Assembly (NCBI GenBank): GCA_035260845.1
Contig: DATFUL010000003.1
Location: forward strand, 75,620-139,619
Direction: 5' to 3'
Length of the DNA: 64,000 nucleotides
Source: Patescibacteria group bacterium
GTDB taxonomy: Bacteria > Patescibacteriota > Microgenomatia > UBA8517
Below are positions 51,132-60,961 of this stretch, piece by piece. The position numbers were made by a program, and so were the translations under genes. A model generated the notes under the pieces. That model ran no database searches. It had not been told where the DNA came from and worked only from the letters and a program-made list of their open reading frames with translations. Position 1 is the first letter of the stretch; each line of letters opens with the position of its first letter.

Positions 51132-52422
51132 GCTTAAATTGTATCATGAGGCGCCTTGTAAACGTAACAAAAAGTAAAACCTGTATAACTGAAACTGCAC
51201 GCATCAATAAATAATTATTGTCTATAAAGAAATGATAAAGTTCGTCCGATCCTCTTCTATAGAAGGAATAAGTAATGTTGGCTATTAATATCAAGTTTAT
51301 AATGACCAAAGAGATTAAAAGCCTGGGTTTAGAAAAAGCCAAGATTACCATCGGGGCAAATGCAGGGAAAAAATACCTTTCAAGCATGGTAGGCATAAAA
51401 AGAAAGCTTCCCATGGCAATCATAAAAATTCCAGAAAGCATACTTAAAAGTTTATTTTTTGCCTTACTAAAACTAAGCATTGCAACAAAATTCAAGATTA
51501 TAAAGAAAAACATTCCCCAATGCCCAGAAGTCACACCCAAAAGTTTCTGACTAGAAAAATCGATGTCCATTCTCCAAAAAATAGTTTGAAAATTAAAAGC
51601 AGAGATAGAAGCCTTGCCATCGAAACCAATTGGAATTGGATATCTATCTTTATAGAGTTTGAGACCATAAGTAAACACGTTTCCGCTCGCAAATGGAGCT
51701 GTTGTAACAATAAACAATAAAAGTGTAATTAACGAACCAAATAAAATCTGGCGAAACTTTGGTTTTATTTTATACATAGTAAATAAATAAAATGGTCCTA
51801 GAATTGCCCAACTTGGCTTAAAGTAGATACTCAAAAAAAGGATGGGCATAGAAAGAATGAGATTGCCATCAAGAAGTGTCAAAAAGGAAAGTAGTCCCAA
51901 AATTCCAACAATGCTATCAGTTTGTCCCCAAGCTCCTGAAATAAAAATAGTTATCGGGTTAAAAAGAAAAAAACATAGTCCCGCAAGTGATTTCTTTACA
52001 TTTTTAGTCAACTTGAAAATAAGTTTATAAACAATTAAAGAAAGCCCAAGGTCGCATAAAATTGATGGCAGTTTGATAAGTAATATATTTCCCCACTTAT
52101 AAAAATAAATTATGAAACTACTAGGTGGAAGCCTTATTAAATTATGTACTTGGGCCAAAACATAACGATGTTGATTAAGAATATTAAGTCCGGCAAACAT
52201 CCACATTGATACAGGTGGATAAACAGGTACTGAATAGTACCAACCTTCACTAAAATAAAAGTTTTTGGGGCCGGTTGTAGCTAGTCGTTCTCCCCATTCA
52301 CTATAGTTCATCAAATCTCCAACAACTACTTTATCTATAAAATATGTACGTATAAAAAAACCAGCCAAAAGAAGAATAAAAATTAAGATATTAAGCCGGT
52401 TTTTTTTAATCCAACTTCCCAT
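51124..52422 (-). CDS. Uncharacterised polytopic membrane protein of 432 aa, possibly a GT87/DUF2029-like GT-C
   Basis: Hydrophobic throughout, with a conserved-looking loop FNPITIFISGAWGQTDSIVG. Confidence 0.45.
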   Translation of the reverse strand: MGSWIKKNRLNILIFILLLAGFFIRTYFIDKVVVGDLMNYSEWGERLATTGPKNFYFSEGWYYSVPVYPPVSMWMFAGLNILNQHRYVLAQVHNLIRLPPSSFIIYFYKWGNILLIKLPSILCDLGLSLIVYKLIFKLTKNVKKSLAGLCFFLFNPITIFISGAWGQTDSIVGILGLLSFLTLLDGNLILSMPILFLSIYFKPSWAILGPFYLFTMYKIKPKFRQILFGSLITLLLFIVTTAPFASGNVFTYGLKLYKDRYPIPIGFDGKASISAFNFQTIFWRMDIDFSSQKLLGVTSGHWGMFFFIILNFVAMLSFSKAKNKLLSMLSGIFMIAMGSFLFMPTMLERYFFPAFAPMVILAFSKPRLLISLVIINLILIANITYSFYRRGSDELYHFFIDNNYLLMRAVSVIQVLLFVTFTRRLMIQFKRE

Positions 52423-54139
52423 TTGAAAATCTCTTTTTCCAAAATGGGTAGGATAAAAGTCCAGCCCAAGCCAATATGGATAAATAATTACTGATTGCCC
52501 GTATCGGAGTATTTGCTAATTTTAAAGAGACAGAATGGTTCCCTTTTGGAATATTTGTATACATTCTGCCATAAAGTTCAGTTTCTGGAATGTAGGGTTC
52601 TATAGAATTACCGTCTAAAGTTATTTTCCAATTTGGAAATTGGAACAAGTCTATTCTGACAACTGAATCTGTAGTTAAATTGACATCAAACCTGGCCCAA
52701 TTAGTTCCTTCTAATGTATTCGTAACGTTTCCGTTCCCCGTAAAGATTTCGGCTAGTACAACAGATGGATCTTTTGGATTCTGTTTTGCAGTTACCGGTA
52801 GATAATCAAAAATACCTGCAGTTCGCTGTAAATCCCAAGCTGCACCTGAAAACTTTTGTGCTTCACTTAGTGGACCCATCTTACCTCCAAGTGGTAAAAA
52901 GTAATTCCAATTCAAAATAACTAAAAGGGTAATTAAAACCAACCCAATAACTACTGCAACTTTCCTTGGAAAAATAATCATAACTGATCCGGCAGCAAGA
53001 GAAAATCCTAATATCGCAAGTGTTAAGAAGCGCCAGGGGAACTGAACAAATGCCAAAAAGTGAATTTTTTGCCAAATAAAAGTCGAGTCCTGGTGAGCCA
53101 TAAAGGTAGCAAACCAACCAAAAGCAATCGAAAAGTATATTGTATATAGTATATTGGGGTCGATTTTATATTTCCTTCTGTTTACAAAAACAAGAGTTGC
53201 AAAAATAAGAATCACTAAAGATAAAATCCAGTGAACATGCCCAACCTGAAAAGGCATACCATCATTCGGACCCCAAATTGATGGGCCAAAACCCCAAAAT
53301 CGGGAAAATAAAAGCTGTCCGATCGTTGCAAAGTGGGCAATATATTCATAATAACCTTGAGTTAATGTATCAACGTGAACAAATTTTTGCTCGAATATAG
53401 CAGGAAGTGTAAAAAATGCTGCAAGAGATGCGGCGAGAATACCAGAACAAATTAGTTGGAAAAACTTCTTCCAATCATGCTTTTTAACCCAAAACATAAG
53501 ACACCAAAGTGCAAAAACAGGAGTAAAGATCATAACCATTAAGTTGTGTGACAAAAGTAATCCTGTCCAAGAAAGGCCAAGGCCAATAAGCCATTTAGTT
53601 GTCTCTTTTTTATCACTTTGTATTAATTTATAGGCAACCCAAAGAATAAGCGGAAACCAAACTAACGCCCAAGCTTCATTCATAGCCCCACGGACATAGA
53701 TGTCTACCGAGTGGTATGGTGCCCAAATGTAAAATATTGAGGAGATTACCCCACCCCACTTACCAAAAAATTCTTTAGCAAGAAAATACATAGTGAGCCC
53801 TGAAATAACAAAAGATAATGCAAAAGTTAATTTGACTGTATCTGTAAAGTTAAAGTGTAAAACTCTAAAAACTGTCCCGACAAAGTATGGTAATGGTGGA
53901 TAAAAATTAAATAATGGAAAACCGTATCCATAACCCATATCAGGAACCCAACGGCATGGAACTTGCCCATCAGCAAAACACTTCTCCATCTCAAGCTGCC
54001 TCATCATCTGCAAATCATCATGCATATTAAAGTAGCCTTTTTCGAAAATTAAAGTACGTCCAGCAAGAATTGCAAAAAACAAAACTGCCAGAATTGGCCA
54101 GAAGTTTGTAGATTTAGTTATTTTTTGAAGAAGTTTCAT
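52406..54139 (-). CDS. Polytopic membrane protein, family C paralog 2
   Basis: MHDDLQMMRQLEMEKCFADGQVPCRWVPDMGYGYGFPLFNFYPPLPY. Collinear paralog of 30900..32369. Confidence 0.55.
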   Translation of the reverse strand: MKLLQKITKSTNFWPILAVLFFAILAGRTLIFEKGYFNMHDDLQMMRQLEMEKCFADGQVPCRWVPDMGYGYGFPLFNFYPPLPYFVGTVFRVLHFNFTDTVKLTFALSFVISGLTMYFLAKEFFGKWGGVISSIFYIWAPYHSVDIYVRGAMNEAWALVWFPLILWVAYKLIQSDKKETTKWLIGLGLSWTGLLLSHNLMVMIFTPVFALWCLMFWVKKHDWKKFFQLICSGILAASLAAFFTLPAIFEQKFVHVDTLTQGYYEYIAHFATIGQLLFSRFWGFGPSIWGPNDGMPFQVGHVHWILSLVILIFATLVFVNRRKYKIDPNILYTIYFSIAFGWFATFMAHQDSTFIWQKIHFLAFVQFPWRFLTLAILGFSLAAGSVMIIFPRKVAVVIGLVLITLLVILNWNYFLPLGGKMGPLSEAQKFSGAAWDLQRTAGIFDYLPVTAKQNPKDPSVVLAEIFTGNGNVTNTLEGTNWARFDVNLTTDSVVRIDLFQFPNWKITLDGNSIEPYIPETELYGRMYTNIPKGNHSVSLKLANTPIRAISNYLSILAWAGLLSYPFWKKRFSNGKLD

Positions 54140-54162
54140 TATCTTGATAATATCACAACTAA

Positions 54163-55671
54163 TTACTTTAGAGGGAGTTCAAAAAAAAGAAGTGACTGAT
54201 GAGTGCCATCTGGTCGAATTGCTTTTGGATACTCAGCAATCAGTTTTAAGTTCTCTTTGCTTGCATCTCCTTTAAACCTATCGTTGTTTATTACCAAAAA
54301 TGTAGCATTTCCTGATTTTTGCGAATCAAGAAGAGGGGTTGGAACTTCGCTAAAATTTAACCCGACTCCGATAATTGTAATTTGTTTGTCGTTATTTAGG
54401 TATGCCTCAAGACCATCAGGCAGCGTTCCAAAATAACCTTCTGTACCAATTACTATCTTTTTACTAGGATTTTGAAGTTGATAGTTTTGAATATATTTTG
54501 CAGCCTCAGAAATACCCTGTCCCGCGGTCCATTCTTCCAAATAACCTGATCTTTCACTTCTTGGTAAATTGGCTTTAGCTGGATTTGTAAGAAGATTGTA
54601 ATCAAAGGTCAAAGATTGAACTGCAAAAAGAGCCAAGATTACGGCCAATACCTTCATAGTATTTTTCCTTTCTTCTAAAAATGCGGATGAAGCTATTGTT
54701 ATTAAAAACGGAATCGTAAAAAGAATATAACGAGCTGTTAAGACTTTTGCAAATTCAGATTCAACAAAAATTGGCCCCAAAAACCAAATGGACAAAACTA
54801 ATATTTCCTTCCAATGTTTTCTCCAATTAACCAATAAACCAATCAACAAAATCACCAAAAGTGACCATGGACCCATCATAACAAGCCACTGCCACGATTG
54901 AAGAAGCCACGGCTTGAGTGGATCGAAAGGAGTTGTTAAAAAATGATTAATCGGATAGACATAGTCTAAATTGCGTCTGGCAATTAGTTCGAAGTTTGGA
55001 CCAAGATGAAGAATTGAAAATATTCCGTAACCAATAATTATTGTAACTAAGGTTAGTGGAATAATTTTAATAAGTCTTTTGGGAGACTTGATAAAAAGCC
55101 AAAGAGTCGGCAGCATTAAAGCAAAAAATAGTGCGGGAGATTTGGTAAGCCATGCCCCGCCAAGTGCAAAACCTGAAAGAAGCGCAAAGTCTAAACGCTC
55201 TTTTGTAAATGCAAGGTAGGCAAAAATGAAAGTCCAAATACCAAACATGGTAAGCATTGAGTCGACCAGTGCCATTCTGTCAAAGAAAAACGAAAAAGGG
55301 ATGATCGAATAAATTAGGCCTGCAATTAGTGCAACCTTTTTGTTTTTAAATAGAAGAAAGGATAAAGTTGAAACTCCAACTAACGTTCCCAAGCCAGAAA
55401 CAACGGAGACAAAACGGCCTGCAAATAGTGGATCATGAATAAATTTAATTATTCCCATAAGAACCCACATATAAAGCGGTTCTTTGCCGTCAGATAGCGG
55501 CAGAAAACGCAAAGTTTCTTCAGCTTTCATTACCTGCGCCCAACGTATATAAATTGCCTCATCCGCAAAAACCGGAAGAATGGTTAGATTAAAAAATCTT
55601 AGGGAGAATAAGACTATAACTCCAATACCACTCAAAATATAAACCCAATTATCGCGGAAGAACTTTTTCAC
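54163..55671 (-). CDS. GT-C ArnT/PMT-like membrane glycosyltransferase (divergent), with a GTG start
   Basis: TM1 then PVFADEAIYIRWAQVMKAEE (ArnT-type DE-x-x-Y loop). About 12 TM and a C-terminal soluble domain. Confidence 0.65.
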   Translation of the reverse strand: MKKFFRDNWVYILSGIGVIVLFSLRFFNLTILPVFADEAIYIRWAQVMKAEETLRFLPLSDGKEPLYMWVLMGIIKFIHDPLFAGRFVSVVSGLGTLVGVSTLSFLLFKNKKVALIAGLIYSIIPFSFFFDRMALVDSMLTMFGIWTFIFAYLAFTKERLDFALLSGFALGGAWLTKSPALFFALMLPTLWLFIKSPKRLIKIIPLTLVTIIIGYGIFSILHLGPNFELIARRNLDYVYPINHFLTTPFDPLKPWLLQSWQWLVMMGPWSLLVILLIGLLVNWRKHWKEILVLSIWFLGPIFVESEFAKVLTARYILFTIPFLITIASSAFLEERKNTMKVLAVILALFAVQSLTFDYNLLTNPAKANLPRSERSGYLEEWTAGQGISEAAKYIQNYQLQNPSKKIVIGTEGYFGTLPDGLEAYLNNDKQITIIGVGLNFSEVPTPLLDSQKSGNATFLVINNDRFKGDASKENLKLIAEYPKAIRPDGTHQSLLFFELPLK

Positions 55672-55683
55672 AGTTAAATTTTA

Positions 55684-55702
55684 CCATTTACATTGTAAAT
55701 GG
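55684..55702. promoter_or_regulatory. Perfect 9-1-9 inverted repeat CCATTTACA-T-TGTAAATGG, 13-31 nt upstream of the GTG start of 54163..55671
   Basis: Read directly. The arms are at 55684-55692 and 55694-55702 in a 71-bp intergenic spacer. It is either a terminator-like hairpin for the upstream DUF1761 gene or an operator. Confidence 0.35.
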
Positions 55703-55742
55703 CCAAGCTTTGCTTATCGTTTACACTGAACGAAGCGAAGGG

Positions 55743-56165
55743 TTAAACCCAAAGGGCGAGGAGAACTCCCATCATGCAAAGAAGGGTTAAATAATAACCA
55801 TTGTTAAGAAGCCAAAGTTTCCAAGATTTACCTTCCCAAAGAACACTACCAAGAGTGATTGGGGCTATAAAACCTAGCCAGTTCCAAAAACCAGTTTGAA
55901 GTCCAGCTGAAATTCCACTTTCGTGTAAATAACTACTTGCAAAAACTAATGCGTGAGCAAGAATAAAAGCCATAAACAAAGACCCTATAAATTGAATTCC
56001 ATAAAGTTTAGCCATATCACCGCTTTTCATTCCTTTCATAGATTCTTTACTCATTCCCATCATCTTCATCCAAGGTTTTCCAAAAATTGGGCCATACCAC
56101 AAGGAGCCAAGAACCATAGAAAGAAGTGCTGCAACCAAAATTGCTAAATAATTTACAGGTACCAT
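55743..56165 (-). CDS. Small 4-TM membrane protein, DUF1761-like
   Basis: 140 aa. N-terminus NYLAILVAALLSMVLGSLWYGPIFGKPWM resembles the DUF1761 consensus. Confidence 0.45.
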   Translation of the reverse strand: MVPVNYLAILVAALLSMVLGSLWYGPIFGKPWMKMMGMSKESMKGMKSGDMAKLYGIQFIGSLFMAFILAHALVFASSYLHESGISAGLQTGFWNWLGFIAPITLGSVLWEGKSWKLWLLNNGYYLTLLCMMGVLLALWV

Positions 56166-56177
56166 ATATTCATATTA

Positions 56178-56924
56178 CTAGACTTTATATTTTCCTGCAA
56201 GCGCATTAAAACGTACTAACAATAAACCACGTAGGCCTTCGATTGAGTCTTTGATTGGGTCCACTTTTGTTCCTTCTTTGTGGTGCCAATCAACAGGAAC
56301 TTCGGCAATTTTAAAACCTAATTTACGGGCTACATATAAAACTTCCAAATCAAAGCCTGCGTTGACTGATGCACCAACCGCTTTATTGTTTGAATCAAAA
56401 ATTTCCAACCTTTTGAAAATTTCTTCTGCGGCATGCGCGGAGAATGCCTTAAATCCACACTGAGTATCGCGAAATGGAAGTCTTAAAACTAAAAGCCGAA
56501 GGAAAGAAAATCCAGACGCCATAACTTTACGAATTATGGGCGCCCCTTCCCTGCCCGTTCGAGAACCAATCACAACACTGTAACCCGACTTAAATTTTGG
56601 GAGTATTTTTTCTATTTGATCAATCGGTGTTGCTTGGTCAGTATCTGTAAATAAAATTATTTCCCCAGCAGCTTTTAATATACCAGCAGTTACAGTACCT
56701 GCTTTACCCCTATGTGGTTCTTTTAGAACTGAGAAATTTTTATGTTTGTTTGCAAATTCTTCTGCTAATCTTTTTGTATTATCTGTTGATCCATCATCAA
56801 CAAATAAAATCTCCCAAGAGTATTTTTGTTTGGATAAATAGTTATAAACAGAATCCAAAACTCCAGTTCTTAAATTATGCTCCTCATTATATGCAGGGAT
56901 TACTACGCTTAAAAATGGTTTCAT
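56178..56924 (-). CDS. GT2 polyprenol-phosphate sugar synthase-like glycosyltransferase
   Basis: LSVVIPAYNEEHNL, VDDGSTDNT, DTDQATP. Confidence 0.85.
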   Translation of the reverse strand: MKPFLSVVIPAYNEEHNLRTGVLDSVYNYLSKQKYSWEILFVDDGSTDNTKRLAEEFANKHKNFSVLKEPHRGKAGTVTAGILKAAGEIILFTDTDQATPIDQIEKILPKFKSGYSVVIGSRTGREGAPIIRKVMASGFSFLRLLVLRLPFRDTQCGFKAFSAHAAEEIFKRLEIFDSNNKAVGASVNAGFDLEVLYVARKLGFKIAEVPVDWHHKEGTKVDPIKDSIEGLRGLLLVRFNALAGKYKV

Positions 56925-56929
56925 AATAA

Positions 56930-58468
56930 TTATTTACTATATAAAATTCTTTCTCGCGCTTCCACTGTTATTCCACCAAAAGTTTGTTGTTTTACAATTT
57001 TACCAATTCCTTTCTGTCTATCAAGCCAGGCTTTAAGTCGATTGGGATTTGGTGGATCAACCTCATATAGTGTATATAAAAGCGGAACCTGTTTTTCTAC
57101 TGCAAGTTTGTGATATTTATTTGTCCCCAACCACTTAAATAAATAATCGTATGCAAAAGGAATTACAGGCGGAACATAAACATCTACATTAAAGTCACGT
57201 CTCCCCGCATTTTCGTATACCCAATCAATTGCAGCTTTCTGGTTACTTAAAAGTATTATGTCGTGCCCAGAGTCAGTAGTTACTAAATAAGATTTGGTCC
57301 AAGACCAGTTTTGAGAGAGAAAGAAAAAGAGGAAATAGATAACCAGAACTTTTCCGATAGTTGAAGTTTCAAAAAAGTGGGAAAGTGTATAAGAAACTGC
57401 AATCAAAAATATTAAATAATAACCAGTCAAATAATACTGATAAAAATTGCCGTAGTTACCCTGAAAGAATATAAGTCCAATAATGGGGGATGCTAAAAGA
57501 ATAAAAATTACTTTAAATCTATTGTTTTGAATAAGTTTTGGTAGAAAATAAATAAAAACAGTTCCTAAAACAATTAGGTGGAACCATTCTTTTTCGTACG
57601 GGCTGTGAATTAAGGTTGAAGTTAGATAAACAAAAATAAGTGCAAGTCTGTCATTTAAAAATCTCCATGTTGGAATTCCAAAACTGCTACCAGTTGTGAG
57701 AATTCCACTAACATTATTTTGCAAAATTCCACCATGTTTTAAATTAAAGATGAAAAGAGGTAAGAAAGTAACTAGAAAGGCGATAATTGAATAAAAAATT
57801 ATTTTCCAATTCAATGTCTTTCGTTTCCAAATTGCAAAAACAGCAACTGCTGGAAAATAAAATAGTTCTCCGGAAGACCCAAAGTGGAAGAAGGATGACC
57901 CCAGAATAAAAGACAGAAGAACCCAATAGTATTTTTTACCGTCTTGTATTTGGAACATGCACCACACCAAAATCATCGAGAGTAGTAGCATCGGGGTTGG
58001 ATTGCTGAGCCAACGGCTGGCATAAATTATTTCAAAAGAAAAAGCTCCAAGGATAATAGCAATCATCCCGGTTTTTACCCCACCAATTTTCTTGGCCAAA
58101 TGATACATAATCGCTAAAGCAGCGACTGAAAGAATTGCCAAGAATACCGCAGGGTAAACTGGATTACCCTTCCCTAACCAATAAAAAGGGGCTATTAAAT
58201 AATAATAAAACGGTCCCCTAAAAACTCCAGCCAAACCAGTTGTCGGACCTATTAAGAAAAATTTATGGGAGTGAATTAAATCCCAGATTACCTGAGCGTC
58301 CCTGCCCTGATCATAATAAAAGCCAAGAATTTGGTCGACCCTAAAAACCCGGAGTACAAAAGATATTACCAAAATTATAGAAACCGTAATATATTCTAAA
58401 GTGAAGAATTTTTTACTACGTATCGTGGCCAAACTTTGCTTAATTTTTTCTTGCATACTTTCTGGCAA
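56930..58468 (-). CDS. GT-C-like membrane glycosyltransferase, family B paralog 2
   Basis: FYYDQGRDAQVIWDLIHSHKFFLIGPTTGLAGVFRGPFYYYLIAP. Confidence 0.65.
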   Translation of the reverse strand: MPESMQEKIKQSLATIRSKKFFTLEYITVSIILVISFVLRVFRVDQILGFYYDQGRDAQVIWDLIHSHKFFLIGPTTGLAGVFRGPFYYYLIAPFYWLGKGNPVYPAVFLAILSVAALAIMYHLAKKIGGVKTGMIAIILGAFSFEIIYASRWLSNPTPMLLLSMILVWCMFQIQDGKKYYWVLLSFILGSSFFHFGSSGELFYFPAVAVFAIWKRKTLNWKIIFYSIIAFLVTFLPLFIFNLKHGGILQNNVSGILTTGSSFGIPTWRFLNDRLALIFVYLTSTLIHSPYEKEWFHLIVLGTVFIYFLPKLIQNNRFKVIFILLASPIIGLIFFQGNYGNFYQYYLTGYYLIFLIAVSYTLSHFFETSTIGKVLVIYFLFFFLSQNWSWTKSYLVTTDSGHDIILLSNQKAAIDWVYENAGRRDFNVDVYVPPVIPFAYDYLFKWLGTNKYHKLAVEKQVPLLYTLYEVDPPNPNRLKAWLDRQKGIGKIVKQQTFGGITVEARERILYSK

Positions 58469-59426
58469 CTGCTAAGGCTTTTTCTACAGCCTCGTCAAAT
58501 GGAACATCTTTAACCATTGCCCCCCCTGCCTGTTTATGTCCACCACCACCCAATTCTTCTGCAATTTTGGAAATATCCGATCCTACTTTTGCCCTCATAC
58601 TAACATTCAAGGAGTCTTTTTTTTCTTCAACCATTATCATTCCGAAATCTGTATTTTCAATCGAGGATGCATAAAAGTTTGCAGCCATTCTTGTTACGCC
58701 GCTTGAATCTGGATAAAGAATATATGTTTCGTGAGGAATAGCAGACCAAACAAATCTATTTTCTTTATCTATTTGTAAATTCTTTAAGATTTCACCAATC
58801 AATTTAACTTTATCAAAACTTATATTTCTATAAAAATTAAATATTATTTTATCTTTATCTGCCCCAAGCTCCATAAGATGCGCCATTGTTTTTGCAGTTG
58901 TTATATCTGCGCTTGAGTGCTGCAGAGACGAAGTATCGTAAATTAATCCTGCTAACAAATCCTGGGCTATTTCTGTGGAAATTTTTATATTCCAATCTTT
59001 AAAAATCTTATATACAACTTCTGCTGTTGAACTTCTTTTTGAGTCAACTATATTTATTTCTCCAAAACCTTTATTTGTATAATGATGATCTATAACAATC
59101 TTTTTTATTTCTGGGATCTTGTTGGAAAGACCTGCAACTTGAGACCATTCTGATGAATCTAGTAGTAAAAAGGTATCGTAACCGGAGAAATCAAAAGTGT
59201 CATAGTCAATTCTCTGAACTTTATCTGACGATTCTAAGAATTTAGAGTCAACAGAAATGTTATCCGGACAAACAACCTCTACAGTTTTACCCATATCTAA
59301 CAAAACTTTTCTCATGGCAAGAGCACTACCAACGCTATCTGGATCTGGACTCCTGTGACAATTTATCAAAATCTTGTTGGCTTTTTTTATTTCTTCTAAA
59401 ATTTTTTGCGATTCTTTATAGTTCAT
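58440..59426 (-). CDS. nrnA: DHH-family phosphoesterase, NrnA-like (bifunctional oligoribonuclease / pAp phosphatase type)
   Basis: DHH motifs INCHRSPDPDSVGSALAM, LLDSSE and IVIDHH, plus the DHHA1 GGGGHKQAGGA. Confidence 0.8.
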   Translation of the reverse strand: MNYKESQKILEEIKKANKILINCHRSPDPDSVGSALAMRKVLLDMGKTVEVVCPDNISVDSKFLESSDKVQRIDYDTFDFSGYDTFLLLDSSEWSQVAGLSNKIPEIKKIVIDHHYTNKGFGEINIVDSKRSSTAEVVYKIFKDWNIKISTEIAQDLLAGLIYDTSSLQHSSADITTAKTMAHLMELGADKDKIIFNFYRNISFDKVKLIGEILKNLQIDKENRFVWSAIPHETYILYPDSSGVTRMAANFYASSIENTDFGMIMVEEKKDSLNVSMRAKVGSDISKIAEELGGGGHKQAGGAMVKDVPFDEAVEKALAVARKYARKN

Positions 59427-60961
59427 GGTTTTGAATGGACAAGCCTGTATAGTATCACTCCATCAACTTCCCAACTACTGTCTATTTTACTCCAACCAAA
59501 ATTAGCAACAGCAGCTGAAGGATTATGTGTTGGATCACACTTTGTTTTTTCAAGTTCGCAAACAACAAATAGCTGATCTGTAATGGAATCTTTAGATTGT
59601 GAATCAATATTTACAACTGGTTGATTGTCTTTAAGTAAAAAGTATTTATAACCATCCTCATAATTACGTTCGGCAATTACCCCTAAATTAAATCTCATGT
59701 TCCCTGACTCCTGCTCAATCTTAGCGGCAACGTGGGATGCTCTGCCCAATTGATTATTTGGTGAATATCGAAGTGGATTTTGAATTAAGTTTACAATTAT
59801 TAAATAAAGAACTAGCCCTCCTCCCACGATCTTTCCTAATTTTCCGATTTTTAAAAAATAGGAAATAAATATTCCGATTAAAAAGTAAGGCACTGCAAAT
59901 AAAAATCCAAAATAGTGATCATAAATATTCTGTTTATAAAGCCCAAAACCCAGTAAACCAAATAGCAGCCAGGTGAATAGTAAATAAGACGCAGGTGGAA
60001 TAGTAGAATTCTTTTTCTTAAATAATAGCCAAGCAAAATAGCCCAGTAGCGAAATAATTACAAATGAGGAAATTTCCCCGGCAAGTTCATTCTTACCGCC
60101 AACCAAAGAAGTATTTATTTGATTAAGCATTTCGGGAACTTTTGGAATTGCGGTCCAAGGCTTGATAGAAACAGTTGTTTGTCTTACTGTAAAAAATGTA
60201 TAAATAGCACGAGAGTTTATCCAGTTATGCCGAAGGTCAAAAAAGAACAGAGGTGACATAAGGACCAAAAAAATGATGAATGAATACAGGGAATAGAGCC
60301 AAAACTTCTTTTTGCTTTTACTTTCTTTGGTCTGCCATAAAGTTAAAAGCCAAAATATACCAATAGTTGGCAAAAGAAGAAGAGCTAAGTAATGGGATTG
60401 AATCGCAGCAGCAAATGACATACCAAAAACTAGTAGCCAATTAAAATTCTTCTCTTTCCAGACTTTCCATATCGAATAAATGCAAAGGAGGGCAAAAAAC
60501 GGCATTATGTTTGGGTTCCAGGAAGACCTGGAATAAATTATTATTGTTGGGCTAATTGCATAAAGACCTGCAGCAATAACACTTGCGGTTTTTCCAAACC
60601 ACTTTCTCCCTGCGTACCAAACAAACCAAATAGTAATAATTCCTAAGATTGCAATTTGAACTGCTGGGCCAACTGGTGAAAAGAAAGCTAAAAGAAGTGC
60701 TGGCGCCATTATATAATAATAGAGGGGACCTAAATACATATTTCCAATTGAAGTTCCTGGACCAATAAGTGGCGGGTGGCCTTCTGTTAAAAGTCTTCTA
60801 ACAATAATTACGTCACGGCCTTCGTCCCCTAAAAAGGTCATATACTGATCAATCTTATATAATCTGAGAAAAGCACCAATTATTAAAATCGAGAAGACAA
60901 CCCAAAATTCTAAAGGGTTTTCCATTGCCCAATTTTTGATTTTTAATGCAATTTTTTCCAC
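59423..60961 (-). CDS. GT-C-like membrane glycosyltransferase, family B paralog 3
   Basis: FLGDEGRDVIIVRRLLTEGHPPLIGPGTSIGNMYLGPLYYYIMAP. Confidence 0.65.
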   Translation of the reverse strand: MEKIALKIKNWAMENPLEFWVVFSILIIGAFLRLYKIDQYMTFLGDEGRDVIIVRRLLTEGHPPLIGPGTSIGNMYLGPLYYYIMAPALLLAFFSPVGPAVQIAILGIITIWFVWYAGRKWFGKTASVIAAGLYAISPTIIIYSRSSWNPNIMPFFALLCIYSIWKVWKEKNFNWLLVFGMSFAAAIQSHYLALLLLPTIGIFWLLTLWQTKESKSKKKFWLYSLYSFIIFLVLMSPLFFFDLRHNWINSRAIYTFFTVRQTTVSIKPWTAIPKVPEMLNQINTSLVGGKNELAGEISSFVIISLLGYFAWLLFKKKNSTIPPASYLLFTWLLFGLLGFGLYKQNIYDHYFGFLFAVPYFLIGIFISYFLKIGKLGKIVGGGLVLYLIIVNLIQNPLRYSPNNQLGRASHVAAKIEQESGNMRFNLGVIAERNYEDGYKYFLLKDNQPVVNIDSQSKDSITDQLFVVCELEKTKCDPTHNPSAAVANFGWSKIDSSWEVDGVILYRLVHSKP

